Assembly (NCBI GenBank): GCA_951406725.2
Contig: OX597820.1
Location: 16,492,001 to 16,556,000 of the forward strand
DNA length: 64,000 bases
Direction of reading: 5' to 3'
Source of the DNA: Octopus vulgaris
Taxonomy: Eukaryota
Shown here in pieces: positions 13,490 through 26,482 of this stretch. How positions within the stretch are numbered: the first letter of the stretch is position 1; the number at the start of each line of letters is the position of its first letter. The position numbers were made by a program, and so were the translations under genes. The notes under the pieces are model-generated. The model saw only the letters and a list, made by a program, of their open reading frames with translations. It was not told the origin of the DNA and made no database searches.

Positions 13490-13980
13490 TATCATCATCA
13501 TCATCGTTTAACGTCCGTTCTCCGCGCTAGCACGGGTTGGACGGTTCTACCGGGGATCTGGCAAGCCAAAAGGCTGCACCAGGCTCTGGTCTTATCTGGC
13601 AATGTTTCTACAGCTGGATGCCCTTCCTAATGCCAACCACTCCGTGAGTGTAGTGGGTGCTTTTTACGTGCCACCTGCACTGGTGCCAGGCGAGGCTGGC
13701 ATCGGCCACGGTCGGATTGGTGCATTTTACGTGCCACCTGCACGGAAGCCAGTCGAGGCGGCACTGGCTTTGGATGGTGCTTTTTACGTGTCACCTGCAC
13801 GGAAGCCAGTCGAGGCGGCACTGGCTTCGGATGGTGCTTTTTAAGTGCCACCGACACGGAAGCCAGTCGAGGCGGCACTGGCATCGGCCACGATTCGGAT
13901 AGTGCTTTTTACGTATCTCCAGTCCAGGGGCCCTGGCATCTGCTGGGTGCCAATCATAGGATTGGTTCAATTTCGATTCT
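13490..13980 (-). mobile_element. SINE/LINE-tail element with (CAT)n tail and internal ~60 bp tandem repeats, flanked by a ~41 bp direct repeat
   Basis: aagcaaaatgcagt(t/a)acaaccaaaggcaagtgtttgtgtgt occurs at 13449-13490 and 13981-14021; repeated unit ggtgctttttacgtgccacc..cacggaagccagtcgaggcggcactggc. Confidence 0.75.
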
Positions 13981-15039
13981 AAGCAAAATGCAGTAACAAC
14001 CAAAGGCAAGTGTTTGTGTGTGTGTGTGTGCGTGTAAGGAGAGGACATGTCACAGCAACAATCTCAATGATATATCTTGCAGTTACTTGGAAATGCTTTA
14101 GGAAAATTCAAATTAATGAAGTCATATTTCAAATAGTGCGTTTTTGAATGTTAAGTCCCACTGGATAATATGTATTAGTACTACTGAAACAGTCAATTCA
14201 GTGATATGAATACTGCCTAGAAATTTGATCCACCAAAATTCTCTAAGAAACAGAACTCAGTGATTCCAGCTATGAAATCCAAACTGAGAAAAACAATGTT
14301 CAAATGTGAAAATTGTATGAGCAGAATCCAACGATGTTGGCCACTTACGGATTCTTTTTCAAATCTACCCCCCCCCTAACATTCCTATTATACCTTAAAA
14401 AATAAATTGTTTGGGAAATTAGATAATTAGAACCCGTTAACAAAATAAAAAATTTCTAAATGATTTTGCAGCCAATTAAGGCTTATTGGAATTCCAGCAG
14501 CAGTGCCTTGCGTGGGTTTTCCTTTTTCCTTTGTTCTTTCACTTGTTTCAGGCAACTGACTGTGGCCATGCTGGAGCACTGCCTTTTAGTTGAAGAAATC
14601 AATCCCTGGACCTATTCTTTAAGTCTGGTGCTTATTCTATCAGTCTCTTTTGCCGAACCATTAAGTTGCAGGGATGTAAACCCACCAACATCAGTTGTCA
14701 GGCAATGGTGGTGGGGACAGACACATAAATATATACTATATATTGGCCCAAAGCTATAAGACACTTGCCCAAAGTGCCATGCAATGGGACTGAACCTGGA
14801 ACCATGTGGTTGAGAAGTAAGCTTCTTACCATACAGCCACACCTGTATATTTGGAGTATTAATTGCATTTTCACCTTTAATGAAGCTGAAACTGATGCTT
14901 TCAAATGCAAACAAAATATATAAAAAGAAAAAACCACAGCTGTAAATCTCTTAATCCTAATTAATTTCTGATTTAAAACAATATTTTTAATACTTTGTAA
15001 ACTTAGGCACTTATTTTTAAGCCTGTATATATTTTTTAA

Positions 15040-16410
15040 TCCTCCTTTAACATGCTTTTTTTTTAATCGCTTCTCAGTCACTTTTTCCACATTTTCCTCT
15101 CCAGCCATTTCCTCTTGTCCCTCCAAAAAATTTTCACAAACCCATTATGAAGTCTCTACCTGCTGTCTGTTTTCCACATGCATACACTCTTTGTCTGATC
15201 ATTTTGGGGTTTCTTTTTTTGCTTCTTCCCTCCTATTAAGTTTCACGAAGCTGCAGAGATCCCTTGTTCCCAAACACTGCCCATCATATATTCAAATATT
15301 TCAACAGTTTCCTTCATGATTAGATCTTTGCTCTGAAGGTCTAAAATTCTTCACCTTAGCCTCAGTTTCTGCCTTCATCGGTGCCTGTGTTGCAAAAGGC
15401 TACACAGTCTTCCCCATCTGTATCATCTTCAAGCAAATACTTCCAGCCACTAGGTTGTGGTCTGAGCTAATAGCCGACTCACAAAAAGCACAGACCTGCA
15501 CCTGTTGTGGGTCAGAGAATGACCATCACCTCATACTAACGTAGATATAATTGATCTTGTTCCTCATGCTGCAACACAGTGAATCCATATAGTTTTGTGG
15601 ATACACTCACAATCAAAGAGTATGTTAATGCACACTGAACCTGCAGCAAGCTACTCAGGACCAGTAACCTCCCATGATTGTTGCTTGTGCTAAACTATAA
15701 GGTCCCACCACAGAAAATGGCCCAAGTCTGTTACTATTCAGTTAAGCACTGAAGTAACCAGCTTAACATCATATCATAGCATGCTGCCCAAAACATTCTG
15801 TAGGTGATTACAGAACGCCTCATCTCCTATTGCAACCTTTATCGGGGTGCAGGCCTGCACAACCGGTCAACTTGGCATGTCTGGTGTTGAACCATCATTC
15901 ACTGACCTTCCAGATGATCAGTGTTCTTGATGCATGCCTACACAAGATGATACCAACCCCTTGAGTATGTTCTTCCAGGCTAGAATCCAATATGTCTCAC
16001 TGACACTCTAGATAACTATGCGGTAGGTATCCATCTCACTCATTTCAGCCATCCACTTTGTTTTCAGTACTGAAGATCTGACTTTATTCAGAGACAAACA
16101 TCCTCCTGGCTCTGGCCCAACTCCAGTACACATGTACCAACTGTACTTATCTCACTACTTTCTTAATGAATGGCTGAATCAATATTTTTGCAGCAATTTG
16201 GATACAGAAGCCTTGAACTCCATTCCTCCTCCTTTCAAGATGATCTTGGGAGAATGGCTATGCCTGATACACTACCAGAATTCTGAGATAAGGACCATTC
16301 CAAATATTTTAGGCTGGAGCCATGTGAGGAAAGGTCTTCACACCCTACATTAAGGAGTCATACATTCCAGTAGTCACTCGTGGTCAGCTACAACATCAAA
16401 AAAGGCCTGA
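15040..16410 (-). mobile_element. Highly decayed LINE remnant
   Basis: GC-richer block; the minus strand has endonuclease-like remnants (KINYIYV...FSD at ~15510-15560); no open frame. Confidence 0.4.
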
Positions 16411-19400
16411 CAACATGGAAACAAACACGTATCGGGGCCGTAAGCAAACAAACACGGGATTCCAAGAAGGGGGAAGGGGAACTAACACACACACACACAC
16501 GACTGAATTCCATAACTTCCGTCAAACAAATTCACTCTGGAGGTATTGGTCAGTATGGGACTACAGTAAAGGCACTTGCCCAAGGTGTCACACAGCGAAA
16601 AATCGAAAACTATTTCCAATAAACGTTACTAAACAACGGAAATTTCTAGGCGACAAGTTCCACTTCAAACTTCCAAAGTAAAAGTTCTTGAAGCTTGCAG
16701 ATCTATTTCCCCGAATCGATACTTGCAAACTATAGAAGAACTACAGGGACAAAGTGGCAGCAACTAATCAGTCAATCTGAGAACCTTATAAACAATGCAA
16801 GGGAACCACTTTGGTTTTTAGTCCAACTGATATGTATTAGTACTGAAACAGTCAATTCAGTGATATGAATACTGCCTAGAAATTTGATCCACCAAAATTC
16901 TCTAAGAAACAGAACTCAGTAATTCCAGCTATGAAATCCAAACTGAAGAAAGCAATGTTCAAATGTGAACCATGCTGGCCACTTATGGATTCTTTTTCAA
17001 ATCTATTCCCTTAACATTTCTAGTATATCTTAAAAAATAAATTCACTTATGATTTTTGATTTTACCAAATGCTTATTTTGAATATTTGAGGAACACTTAG
17101 CTGCTTCTTTGTGGCAGGACGAGTGACACAGAGGTTCCCTAGCTCACTTACCCAAGCCAGTGTTATCTCCCTTGAAGCAATAGCTTCAGCTTTCAAGATC
17201 AATTTCACATCAAAATCGAAGAGACGAGCTCGCATTAATTTCTAATACATGGGATGAAATGAGCTGGCCGATGATGGTCTTGAATAAATGCCCAAAACAA
17301 TTATAAATTTCATATAGAATTTCAATCATTATAAATACACACACGCAATGATATCGCGCGTATACTGTCTTTTTTTTTATTATTATTTTGCGACAGTATT
17401 ATATGTCAAAAATACTGCAGCAAAATTAAATTTGAGGAAATTTGACACCGATGTGAGAAAAACTATCACTGAAACTGAATAGTCTGTGCATATTTTAAAT
17501 GACTATCATAACTTTTCTACGATGTTAGCTGATTGGTTCACCAGACAATTTTAAAATCACTTGCCAAGCAAGTACCACTGCGCAAACGTGTGTCTATGTG
17601 GGTGTGTCGATTTACCCACATGTAGCCTCTTAAAAAAACTAACACAATTTGGGACAATTGACTTTCAAATGAACACTGAATTATCTAGAAGAATGCTGAC
17701 CGAATTGTCTAGAAGAAAAAAAATAAAGCAAGTAACGATCGTTTTGCGAACTTAGAATGGAAAGGTAGCCAAAAAAACAATATCAACAATGCCTGTGTGT
17801 CAGAATATCAATCTGCCGCATTGCTAAGTGATGTCAAAGAGAAAGTGCAACATTTTGATTAAAGAAAGATTGTTTAGAAGAAAGAGGAAAAAGAAAGAGT
17901 TGTGGTAACTGAAGGAAGGAGAGGAGAGGAGAGGGTTGTTAAAAACGAAATGAAGAGTTGATGGAATACAGACAATAAGAATTAAGAGGGGTACGAGTGT
18001 ATGAATAGAGTATGAGTGATAGAGAGAGAGAAAGCAGTACACTTATGTCGAGATAATTAGATTAAATAAACAAAACACATTAAGCCAAGTTACATAAATA
18101 ACATGATTAAAAAGGGATGGGAGTACATGATAAAATATATATATATATATATCCCTGCTGCTTGTGCGAAGCATCAAGTCGGCTATGGTTACTGAATAAG
18201 TGTTTCAATGGTTTACTATCTTGTCTTTTTGTGGTGTATCTTATTAATTATACTCGCTGATCTTGTCCTATAAAGTACCCCAATCTATTTTTCAGTTTTG
18301 CAAATAAACGGACAATTCTCTAGCATCAAGAGCTAAGACAAATGGCGACGATATTTTAATAGTGATAATTTTAAACAAAAGATGGGAATAATTTCACAAA
18401 TAACAAAGAGAATAATTTCAGGCCAACCAACTTGACCATTCGGCATGTGTATAAATTAAGACAACCTGCGGCATACGCAGAGCGAGTGTTTTAATATTGT
18501 GGAAAAGCAAAAGTATGAAAACAACAACAGAACGTATTTTTCTTTGGAAATAAGTTTTTGGGAGCTAAAAACCTTCTCCACTGGACAGGCAAAAAAAAAA
18601 AATCTAATAAGATATATACACATCTACATATATGGCGATCTTTGAAGACAACGTGCCTCTTTCACTTAAAGTAATTTTCAACGGGAGTTTTTCCGTACAG
18701 ATAACAGTGTTTAGAGTGACGAGGTCATACTAAGGTTAGAAACCTCTGCAGGACGTAACCACAGTAAAGCGGCCACAGATTGTTTTTAGGTTGTGCAACA
18801 TTCGGCTTATTTTGTCCTACAGAAATGGTTAGAAGCGTGAGCGAATCGAACTGTTTAGAATGTTACAATGACCCGAATAACGCGGGATTTTCGCCTTCGC
18901 AGAAAACGGTTTACACTTGACCTCAAGCCTTTCCATTACCTTGGCCGACCATTTGTTTACTACCTCAAGGTCTTATAACATAAACTGTTCTTTAAAACTG
19001 ATCTGCATCAACTCAATTATGGCCTGACTATTAGAAGGACAGTTTTATATAAGCGTATTTATACACCGTGGGACACTCTTTGATTTGTGAAGATATACCT
19101 ACTTTCCAGCAAATACTGGCTTCCCGCTCCCAATTCACTCGCCATCTCTTACAAACCATTTCATTACCCAACAATTCTGACCTGAAGAATTAAATACGGT
19201 TGAGTCTGCTGGCACAAATTTGGCTTGAATCTAAAGAACAAGTTAATAGAGGAGATTCACAGTTGCTTTAATAGTTTGCGATAGGTCAAGCTAACTGCAA
19301 ATTGACCAAATATGTCCAACATATATGCATTATCTATCGTTACCACAGTAAACGATGCTAATAAAACCCCACAGTAGCATGATGTGATATATTTTCGGAG

Positions 19401-20189
19401 AATTCCTCACGATTCAATGAAAACCATTATGGAGTGAATGCAAACTGGACAGAACCAGAAGTTACGCATTGATCTTTGTTCTTGAAATATGTGCGTTGTC
19501 ATTAATGGATTTAGAGCTTTCCGATTGTTACCGGTGGAACCAATCTAGATACGGATAAATATGTCTTGGAGGTTGAGACACACGAAACGAAGTATGTCTA
19601 CAGAAAGTCTGCAAGAGGTCACTCAAAGAGAACGGCCACAGGAGCTATTACAAGTTCAAGGAGACGCAAAGAAATGGTTCCTTGACGGTAAAAACAGACA
19701 GAAAAGTCAGACACATGACCCGATATTATTGGAAATAAAACTGCTCGCGAATCAATAATAATAATAATCATACGCTCTGACATTTGGCACTCACATGATC
19801 AGAATATAATCATTACCACATGTGTGTGAGTACTACATTGCGAACCATGTAAATCCTGCTAACCATCTTGGGACCGCATAAGGTAAAGAGAAAGAGAGAG
19901 AGTCCTTCTGGACTTATGCCAGGAAAAGAAATTTAATGAAATGAAACATCGAGAAGTTGCTAGAAAGAATTTCTAAGAAGATGGCGCATTGAGAAGATTA
20001 TCATTACTTCGGGAACAATATATATTATTGTTTATTATCATGAATTTGATGGTCTGTAGTAATAAAATTACTTTGATCAACTATAGATTAGGATATTCGA
20101 GCATTGGCCAAAAACCAATTCATTTCTTTAAAGAATATTTAACGCCAGAGCGTAACTCAACAAATGAGGAAAAGATTTTCGAAACCATC

Positions 20190-20642
20190 TAGAAGTGAAA
20201 GGGTGGCACACTAAACTCAAGAGAACACCCTATCTGTCTACCATTATGCATTGTATATGAATTATAAAATTACTGATCTGCTGTGATTTATGGTGATCGA
20301 GTATCGGACAAAAATTGCCCTTCATTTTTTTTTTTAAATTTATGCTATAGCATTATTTAACGAAATAAAAAATTTCAAAACAATGTAATGTAACTAGAGA
20401 AAGTGTGGCACGCTATACTCAAAGAACACTCTATCTGTCTACCATTATGCATTGTATATGAATTATAAAATTACTGATCTGCTGTGATTTATGGTGATCG
20501 AGTATCGGACAAAAATTGCCCTTCATTTATTTTTTTTTTTTTAACTTATGCTATAGCATTATTTAACGAAATAAAAAAATTTCAAAACAAAGTAATACAA
20601 CTAGAGAAAGTGTGGCACGCTATACTCAAAGACCACTATCTC
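20190..20642 (+). repeat. Tandem duplication, ~205 bp unit, about 2.2 copies
   Basis: Unit aaag(g/t)gtggcac...ctatctgtctaccattatgcattg...aaaatttcaaaaca starts at ~20198, ~20400 and ~20607. Confidence 0.85.
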
Positions 20643-21290
20643 TCTCTCCCATAACTATATATATATATATATATAGATATATATGTGTGCGCGTATAGTA
20701 TATATATATATATGAAGCGTATATATTTGTCTATGTCATTTTTCTAACAGAAGTAATACAAATACGAGAAAATAAATGGTTGCTTCTGTTCTTATTCAAG
20801 TCAAGTGCAAATATTCGTTCGCTGACATAGTTTTTTTTTTTTTAATTCCCGCGGTTAGCATACATTACATTTATTACATGCAAAGTGAAAATGTGAATGG
20901 ACTGCTATCACAAAACAATAAACAAAAACAATAGAATGGCATAAACCAAAATATGGAATAAGAAATAGAATGAAAGAAAGCAGAAATGGCATTTGCTGCC
21001 TTGTCAGAAAATCAATCTAATTGTATAGTTAAAATTATTTCTAAAAATTAATTAAAATACAGACACACACATCTCTATCTCTCTCAATTTATACACATGC
21101 ATAATTATATATATACATTTATTGTTTCCTTTTGCAGTTACGCTTTCGTTTTAATTAATTAATTAATTAATGTGCAGTTTTTTTTTTTCAATCCCTTTTA
21201 AAAAAATATCTAGAATCTTCTACCCCAATACCACCATCATGATGTGCCGATCGTAAGAAATCAATACTTTCTTGTTGATTATGTGTGTAC

Positions 21291-21343
<53 letters not shown>

Positions 21344-21630
21344 TTCTGTTTTCATTTCAAATTATAAGAGTCCGAAGCTTCGAAGTTACTGTCGACATTT
21401 TCTTGATAAAGAAATACACACACAATAATGTAGCTTTCAAACCGCAAAAAATAATTTAATACTTACTTCTATAAACATACACATATATGAAAGAGCATAC
21501 GCTATATTATCCACCCTAACCACAAATATACGGGTGACTATTCTTTCCAACAAGGATTTTTAGACAATATTGTATGTATGTATGTATATATATATATATA
21601 TATATAGTTGAAACACTCCTGTCACAACCT

Positions 21631-21674
21631 GGGACCTTGAAGACTGCTTTAATGCAAGAAAGTATACTAGTCCC
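21631..21674 (+). ncRNA. Minimal hammerhead-like motif (variant core)
   Basis: GGGAC-CTTGAAGA-CTGC-tttaat-GCAA-GAAA-GTATAC-TA-GTCCC has a perfect stem I and palindromic stem III, with one extra T in the core; flanked by (TA)n. Confidence 0.55.
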
Positions 21675-21827
21675 TTAATATTTTATATTCAATAAGACAA
21701 TCAATACTTCATTTTATTTTACTATATATTCTATATTAATAAAGAATATAAATAAAACCTAAAAAACAGAGTTGGAATTCCTTTGAATAATATATATCCC
21801 TCTATACACAATCACACAAACCCCTTT

Positions 21828-21891
<64 letters not shown>

Positions 21892-21956
21892 ATGGTATTA
21901 AAATACTATTTTGATACATATATTAAATTTATATATATATTAAAATACCCCTTTTG

Positions 21957-22014
<58 letters not shown>

Positions 22015-23098
22015 ATGGTATTAAAATACCATCACGAGTGGTAAGCGAATTATCAGCCGTACAGGCAAATTAGTAAAATATATACATACAATATTAGATA
22101 TGTACATATATACACAAGGGTATATATGAGTACCTATATCGCTAAAGATAGAAGTCAAAATATATATATAGAGAGAGAGAGAGCGATAGATAGATTGATA
22201 CATGGTGACCAGAATCAGCCCTAATCGAGTGGAGCCATGAGATCAAAGGAGGTTCTAACCATGGCCATCCTTATCTATTGTGTATATACTACCTAGGACG
22301 ATATAAATCCAATGCCGCCTTCCTTTTTGAAGGCAGAGAAATGGGGAACCAACGTGAGTATAAGCCGGGGGGGGGGCTATGAAGCCTCTTCAGAGTAACT
22401 CAACCTGCAAGAAATAACAGCAAAATATCTAGGAACCCTACTGTTTTTTTTATAAATAAAAAGGAAAAAGGTGGAGACATTGGACAACACAAAGACCTAT
22501 GTAGATATATAGAGAGATATATATAGATATAGAAAGGCGGGTGATGGCCATAAGTAGAACGCTTTCGGACGTACCGCATTTAGTCCATTACAATGCAATC
22601 ATGAATAACAGTGCTACCCCCGAGATTTCATACCTAAAAATCAAAATTCTCTTATTTTCTTTAAAGGAAAACATTTGTGTGTGTGTAATATATATATATA
22701 ATGGTAGGTACCCCCCATTCGAACCCCGGTATCTGGTTAGATTTCTTGCTTTATACACCAATAAATGCGGGAGATCTGCTGCACCAGACCCGAAATGATT
22801 TAGAGGTGTAAAGGGAAAAAATTGGTGAGATATGATTTAGGAGAGATGTAACTGTTATCTCATTTAAAAGCAGAGCACCCTCGTTGGGTCATTCATATGT
22901 CGGGGTTTTAAATGTCCGTTTCTAATCTTGGTCGTTAAATTGCTTAATAATTACATATTAAAAAGCTGTTTCGTGCATATCTTTGCATCGTAAATAGATG
23001 GTGTATAGTGCCATAGGATTAAAAGTATATGTATTACACATATTGATTAATATAAAAACGATTAATTACATATCTAATAAGTAATTAAGGATGCGTAC

Positions 23099-23204
23099 CT
23101 GAGAGACGACAATGCAACCAGTCTTAGTGAGCTTCTAGAGCGTTCCAGAAATTTACGACTCACGTGACCTCAGAGCAGGAAAGATGAAATTGTTGCTTGG
23201 CAAC
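23099..23204 (-). promoter_or_regulatory. Candidate FKBP4 promoter/first non-coding exon: HSE + E-box + X-box
   Basis: cTTCtaGAGcgTTCcaGAAatTTAc (23132-23156) is an alternating nGAAn array; TCACGTGA at 23160-23167; GTTGCTTGGCAAC at 23192-23204; minus-strand donor CAG|gtacgc at 23099/23098; unique sequence with local CpGs. Confidence 0.5.
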
Positions 23205-25574
23205 GGATTTTATCGAAAATACGGGTTTTCTTTTTCCCTTTTTTTTAATTATTTTTATTGTATTTTGTATCGCTTCCGTTTCTTTTGTTTTCGTTTTTTA
23301 TTTTTTCCGATATTTAATTATTTCATTTAAATTTGATTGTTTTTATTTTTTATTTTATTTTAAAAATAACATCCGAATTTTTTTTGGCATTATATTTTAA
23401 TTTTGGTGGTAAATTTATTTCATTTCTCTTTTTTTTTCCTTCTGTGCGTATATTTTCGATCTTTCATAAATTTCTCTGAAAACGAATACTGGCTAAATAT
23501 TTCGTTTCGTTTCGAAGCTGAAGAACACACACACACACAAACACACACATATATAAATATTTTATTATACATTTACGCATAGTATAAACTTCCCTTCTAT
23601 ACGTTATCACATACACAATAATACTGCCTTCTTATCAGCTAACGGTCACGTTTATTGTTTACACTCACGTTTTTGAAATATTCAACAGATCGGATAATAA
23701 AATGGTGATTTCTTTAAAAAGTAACAAAATTCGTTAATTTTTCTTCTTTCGTTCATTCATTAAACATTAAAATTACCTATAAATAAGGCGGACTGAATTT
23801 TATTTACATTAATTCTAAATTAGGTAAAAAAACTAATTCTAGACACAGTACCATGGGTGAAAAATAGTATGACGACAACCGAAATATTTATATATATTTT
23901 TAATTTTTTAAATTTTGCTTTCCGCCTGTAAACGTCACGTTTCAGCTTTTCAAATGTAATAATACTATTTTTTTTATTATAATCCCGCCATGTTGCTAGT
24001 TAAAATAACTAACCTTTTATTTTATATTTTCATTATTATAAGAATTTGGCAGAAGTAACTGTGGCTTAAGACACGAGAGTTTCGTGCATGGCGCTTTGAC
24101 CCTTCAGTCTCTACAACTTCTACCGATCACTATTAATATATACTCGTGTTTTGAGTTTTATTGACTTGATTGCATCGCCAAACCTAACCTTATTAAATTG
24201 TTCGACGGGTGCGGAAGAATTATATTTACGTTGTTCTGGGGTTAATTTGTTTTGCTTGGGGGATTTTAGGGAGATGTCACCGACTTTAAGACTTATCTTA
24301 AAAGGGTTTTCACATTTGTGACTATAAAGGGACGTAACTCAACGTACCTAACCACATGCATACGTTCAGAATTTTCTGTTTTAAGTTAGTTAAAATTAAT
24401 TAGATTATTCGACATAAGATTCAAAAATAATTAGGATCTTTGAAATTGCCGAAATGCACCTACAGAATTTTCTAAAGAAAGCCAAGAGAAAAAGATGTTT
24501 TATGTAACACATTCTACCAGTATACGAAGTTTAAAAGTGTTTAGTTATAAAGAAATTATTTTTTAAATCTGCCGGTCAAAGTGAAAAGATCCAATTATTT
24601 TTGACGGAAATAGAAATGGATATAAGATCGAATATTTGTCAGTCGATCAAGTAGGCAGGACCCACATCAGTGGGAGGGAGCCGACACGCCGTAAACGGTA
24701 CCCGTTCTCTCCTGAAAGCTTCTTGCGCCCAATATGTGGAGTTTTCGGCTCACGGCTCTTGCGCAAACGATCTGTTTCCAAATCTCGAGAGTGTTCATTA
24801 TTGTACAATGTTGAGACAAGAGCATACATGATTAAATATGAAACTCTAACACGATCGATGAGAGACCAGTCATTGCAAACTGGAGCACGCGGGGTTTTCT
24901 GAGTGATACGCCTAACAAAAAATTACCTCGAAATTTCTTTGGCAGTGTGACCCCGCCTGGTGATAAGTCACGTCTCATGCGTCCCGCTTCTTGAAAAAGG
25001 TTGCCAAATTCGTCTCAGTTTCTATACACTTTGTCTTTTTGTAAAGGAAGGGATGATATATTAAATAATCTATTCTATTATTTCCCATCGTTGTTTTAAA
25101 CACCTGGTTGATTACCTGCATAATCTTAGCTCGTTTTTTAACTCGCTATATTATATGAAATCGTACGACGTTTTTAGGGTAAATATTTCGTAAAGGACCC
25201 GTTCGTACCTCGGTGTGAACGCTAATAGCTGTTACGTGGTGGCAGGGTGTGCTAGAAATAGCAGCCAAATCTTACCTTTTCTGGAAAAAAGAGCCGTTTA
25301 CGCGTGATTTCGAATGTCACCTTCGTTGAAAGTATACGAAATAACCTGGAAAAGCAAAAAAAAAACAACCCACGAAACAAAACTCCGCGGTTCCCTTCAC
25401 CCCCTCCACCCTACTTTCTTTTCCAGAAAAAAGTAGCTTGCGGTGGGTTTGGAGATCAGATTCGTTGAAGGCACTCGAAAAACCCTGTGGAAAAAAATTA
25501 TTTCATACCGAGGTACAAATGAGTTCTTTATGGAATATTTACCGTTTTTAGTTTGCCAAACGCTCCCTTGAGGT

Positions 25575-25875
25575 ATTTTTTTTTTCTCCCACAACATTGA
25601 TAAATTTCACAAAAGTCTTCTTTGCTCATTTCAAGAATTCTGTGAAAGTTCCTTATTTCAAATGCTGAGAGTTTCATTTCAATATCTTTTGAGCATATAC
25701 GTGTCTCATACCCATACAATAACAGTTAACATACAACATATTAATCTTAGTTTGTCTTTCATTGCAATATCCTTGCTGCCCCAGATTTTACTCAGATATT
25801 GTTCTTTGCTAATTGTCCAGTATCTATAGTAAGTTGTCTTTTTATATCAGTCTTCCATGTTATACTTTGCTGTAT
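25575..25875 (-). mobile_element. LINE (RTE-like) reverse transcriptase C-terminal fragment
   Basis: LYGYETRICSKDIEMKLSAFEIRNFHRIL resembles the LYGCETW...KLxAFEMxxYRRIL motif. Confidence 0.65.
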
Positions 25876-25950
25876 CTTAGAAGGGTCGTTATGCGAATAA
25901 TAAACACAGGCACTGGTTCTATTTTACTTCTTTTATCATTATTGGTCAAT

Positions 25951-26482
25951 TATTGGGTTGTCCGGAAAGTTTGTGCCTTTTTTTAAAAGAAAGAGAAAGG
26001 TCAATAAATACTTGTCATTACATTTTTAATCAACCAAATATGAACCATTTTGTTGCACAATGCGTCTCCATCTTTCCTTTAACGTGAAAATACCCTCTTC
26101 CCACAATTCAGGTGGTTTCATGGCAAAGAATTCATCAAGGTATCTTTTTACGTCATCCAAAGAATTGAAATTTTTACCATTAAGACTATTCTGCAGAGAT
26201 CTAAATAAGGAGAAATCCAAAGGAGCAATATCTGGTGAATATGGAGGGTCGGGTAACACATCCCAGCTGAGCTGCAGCAATTTTGACTGGTTCCCAAGCA
26301 TCAAGTGCCGAAAATGAACTTTCTTCCATTTTAAAGGGTTACAGAATTAACACAGGTTATAGGAACATAAACCTTCTTCCATGAAAAGATAGCTTAAACT
26401 GTGCTCTAAATGGAGATGTAGTCAAATCCTATTTTATGGACTCGACCATGTTCTAAAATAAGTTGAAAGGTAAGCTACTTTC
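25951..26482 (-). mobile_element. mariner transposon remnant (transposase C-terminus + TIR)
   Basis: ORF 26026-26304: WDVLPDPPYSPDIAPLDFSLFRSLQN...GIFTLKERWRRIVQQNGSY contains the YSPDLAP motif; TIR-like tattgggttgtccggaaagtt at 25951. Confidence 0.88.

Noticed and set aside
13655-13915. Regularly spaced repeats superficially like a CRISPR array
   Set aside because: Whole units are repeated without unique spacers; eukaryotic context; no cas genes.
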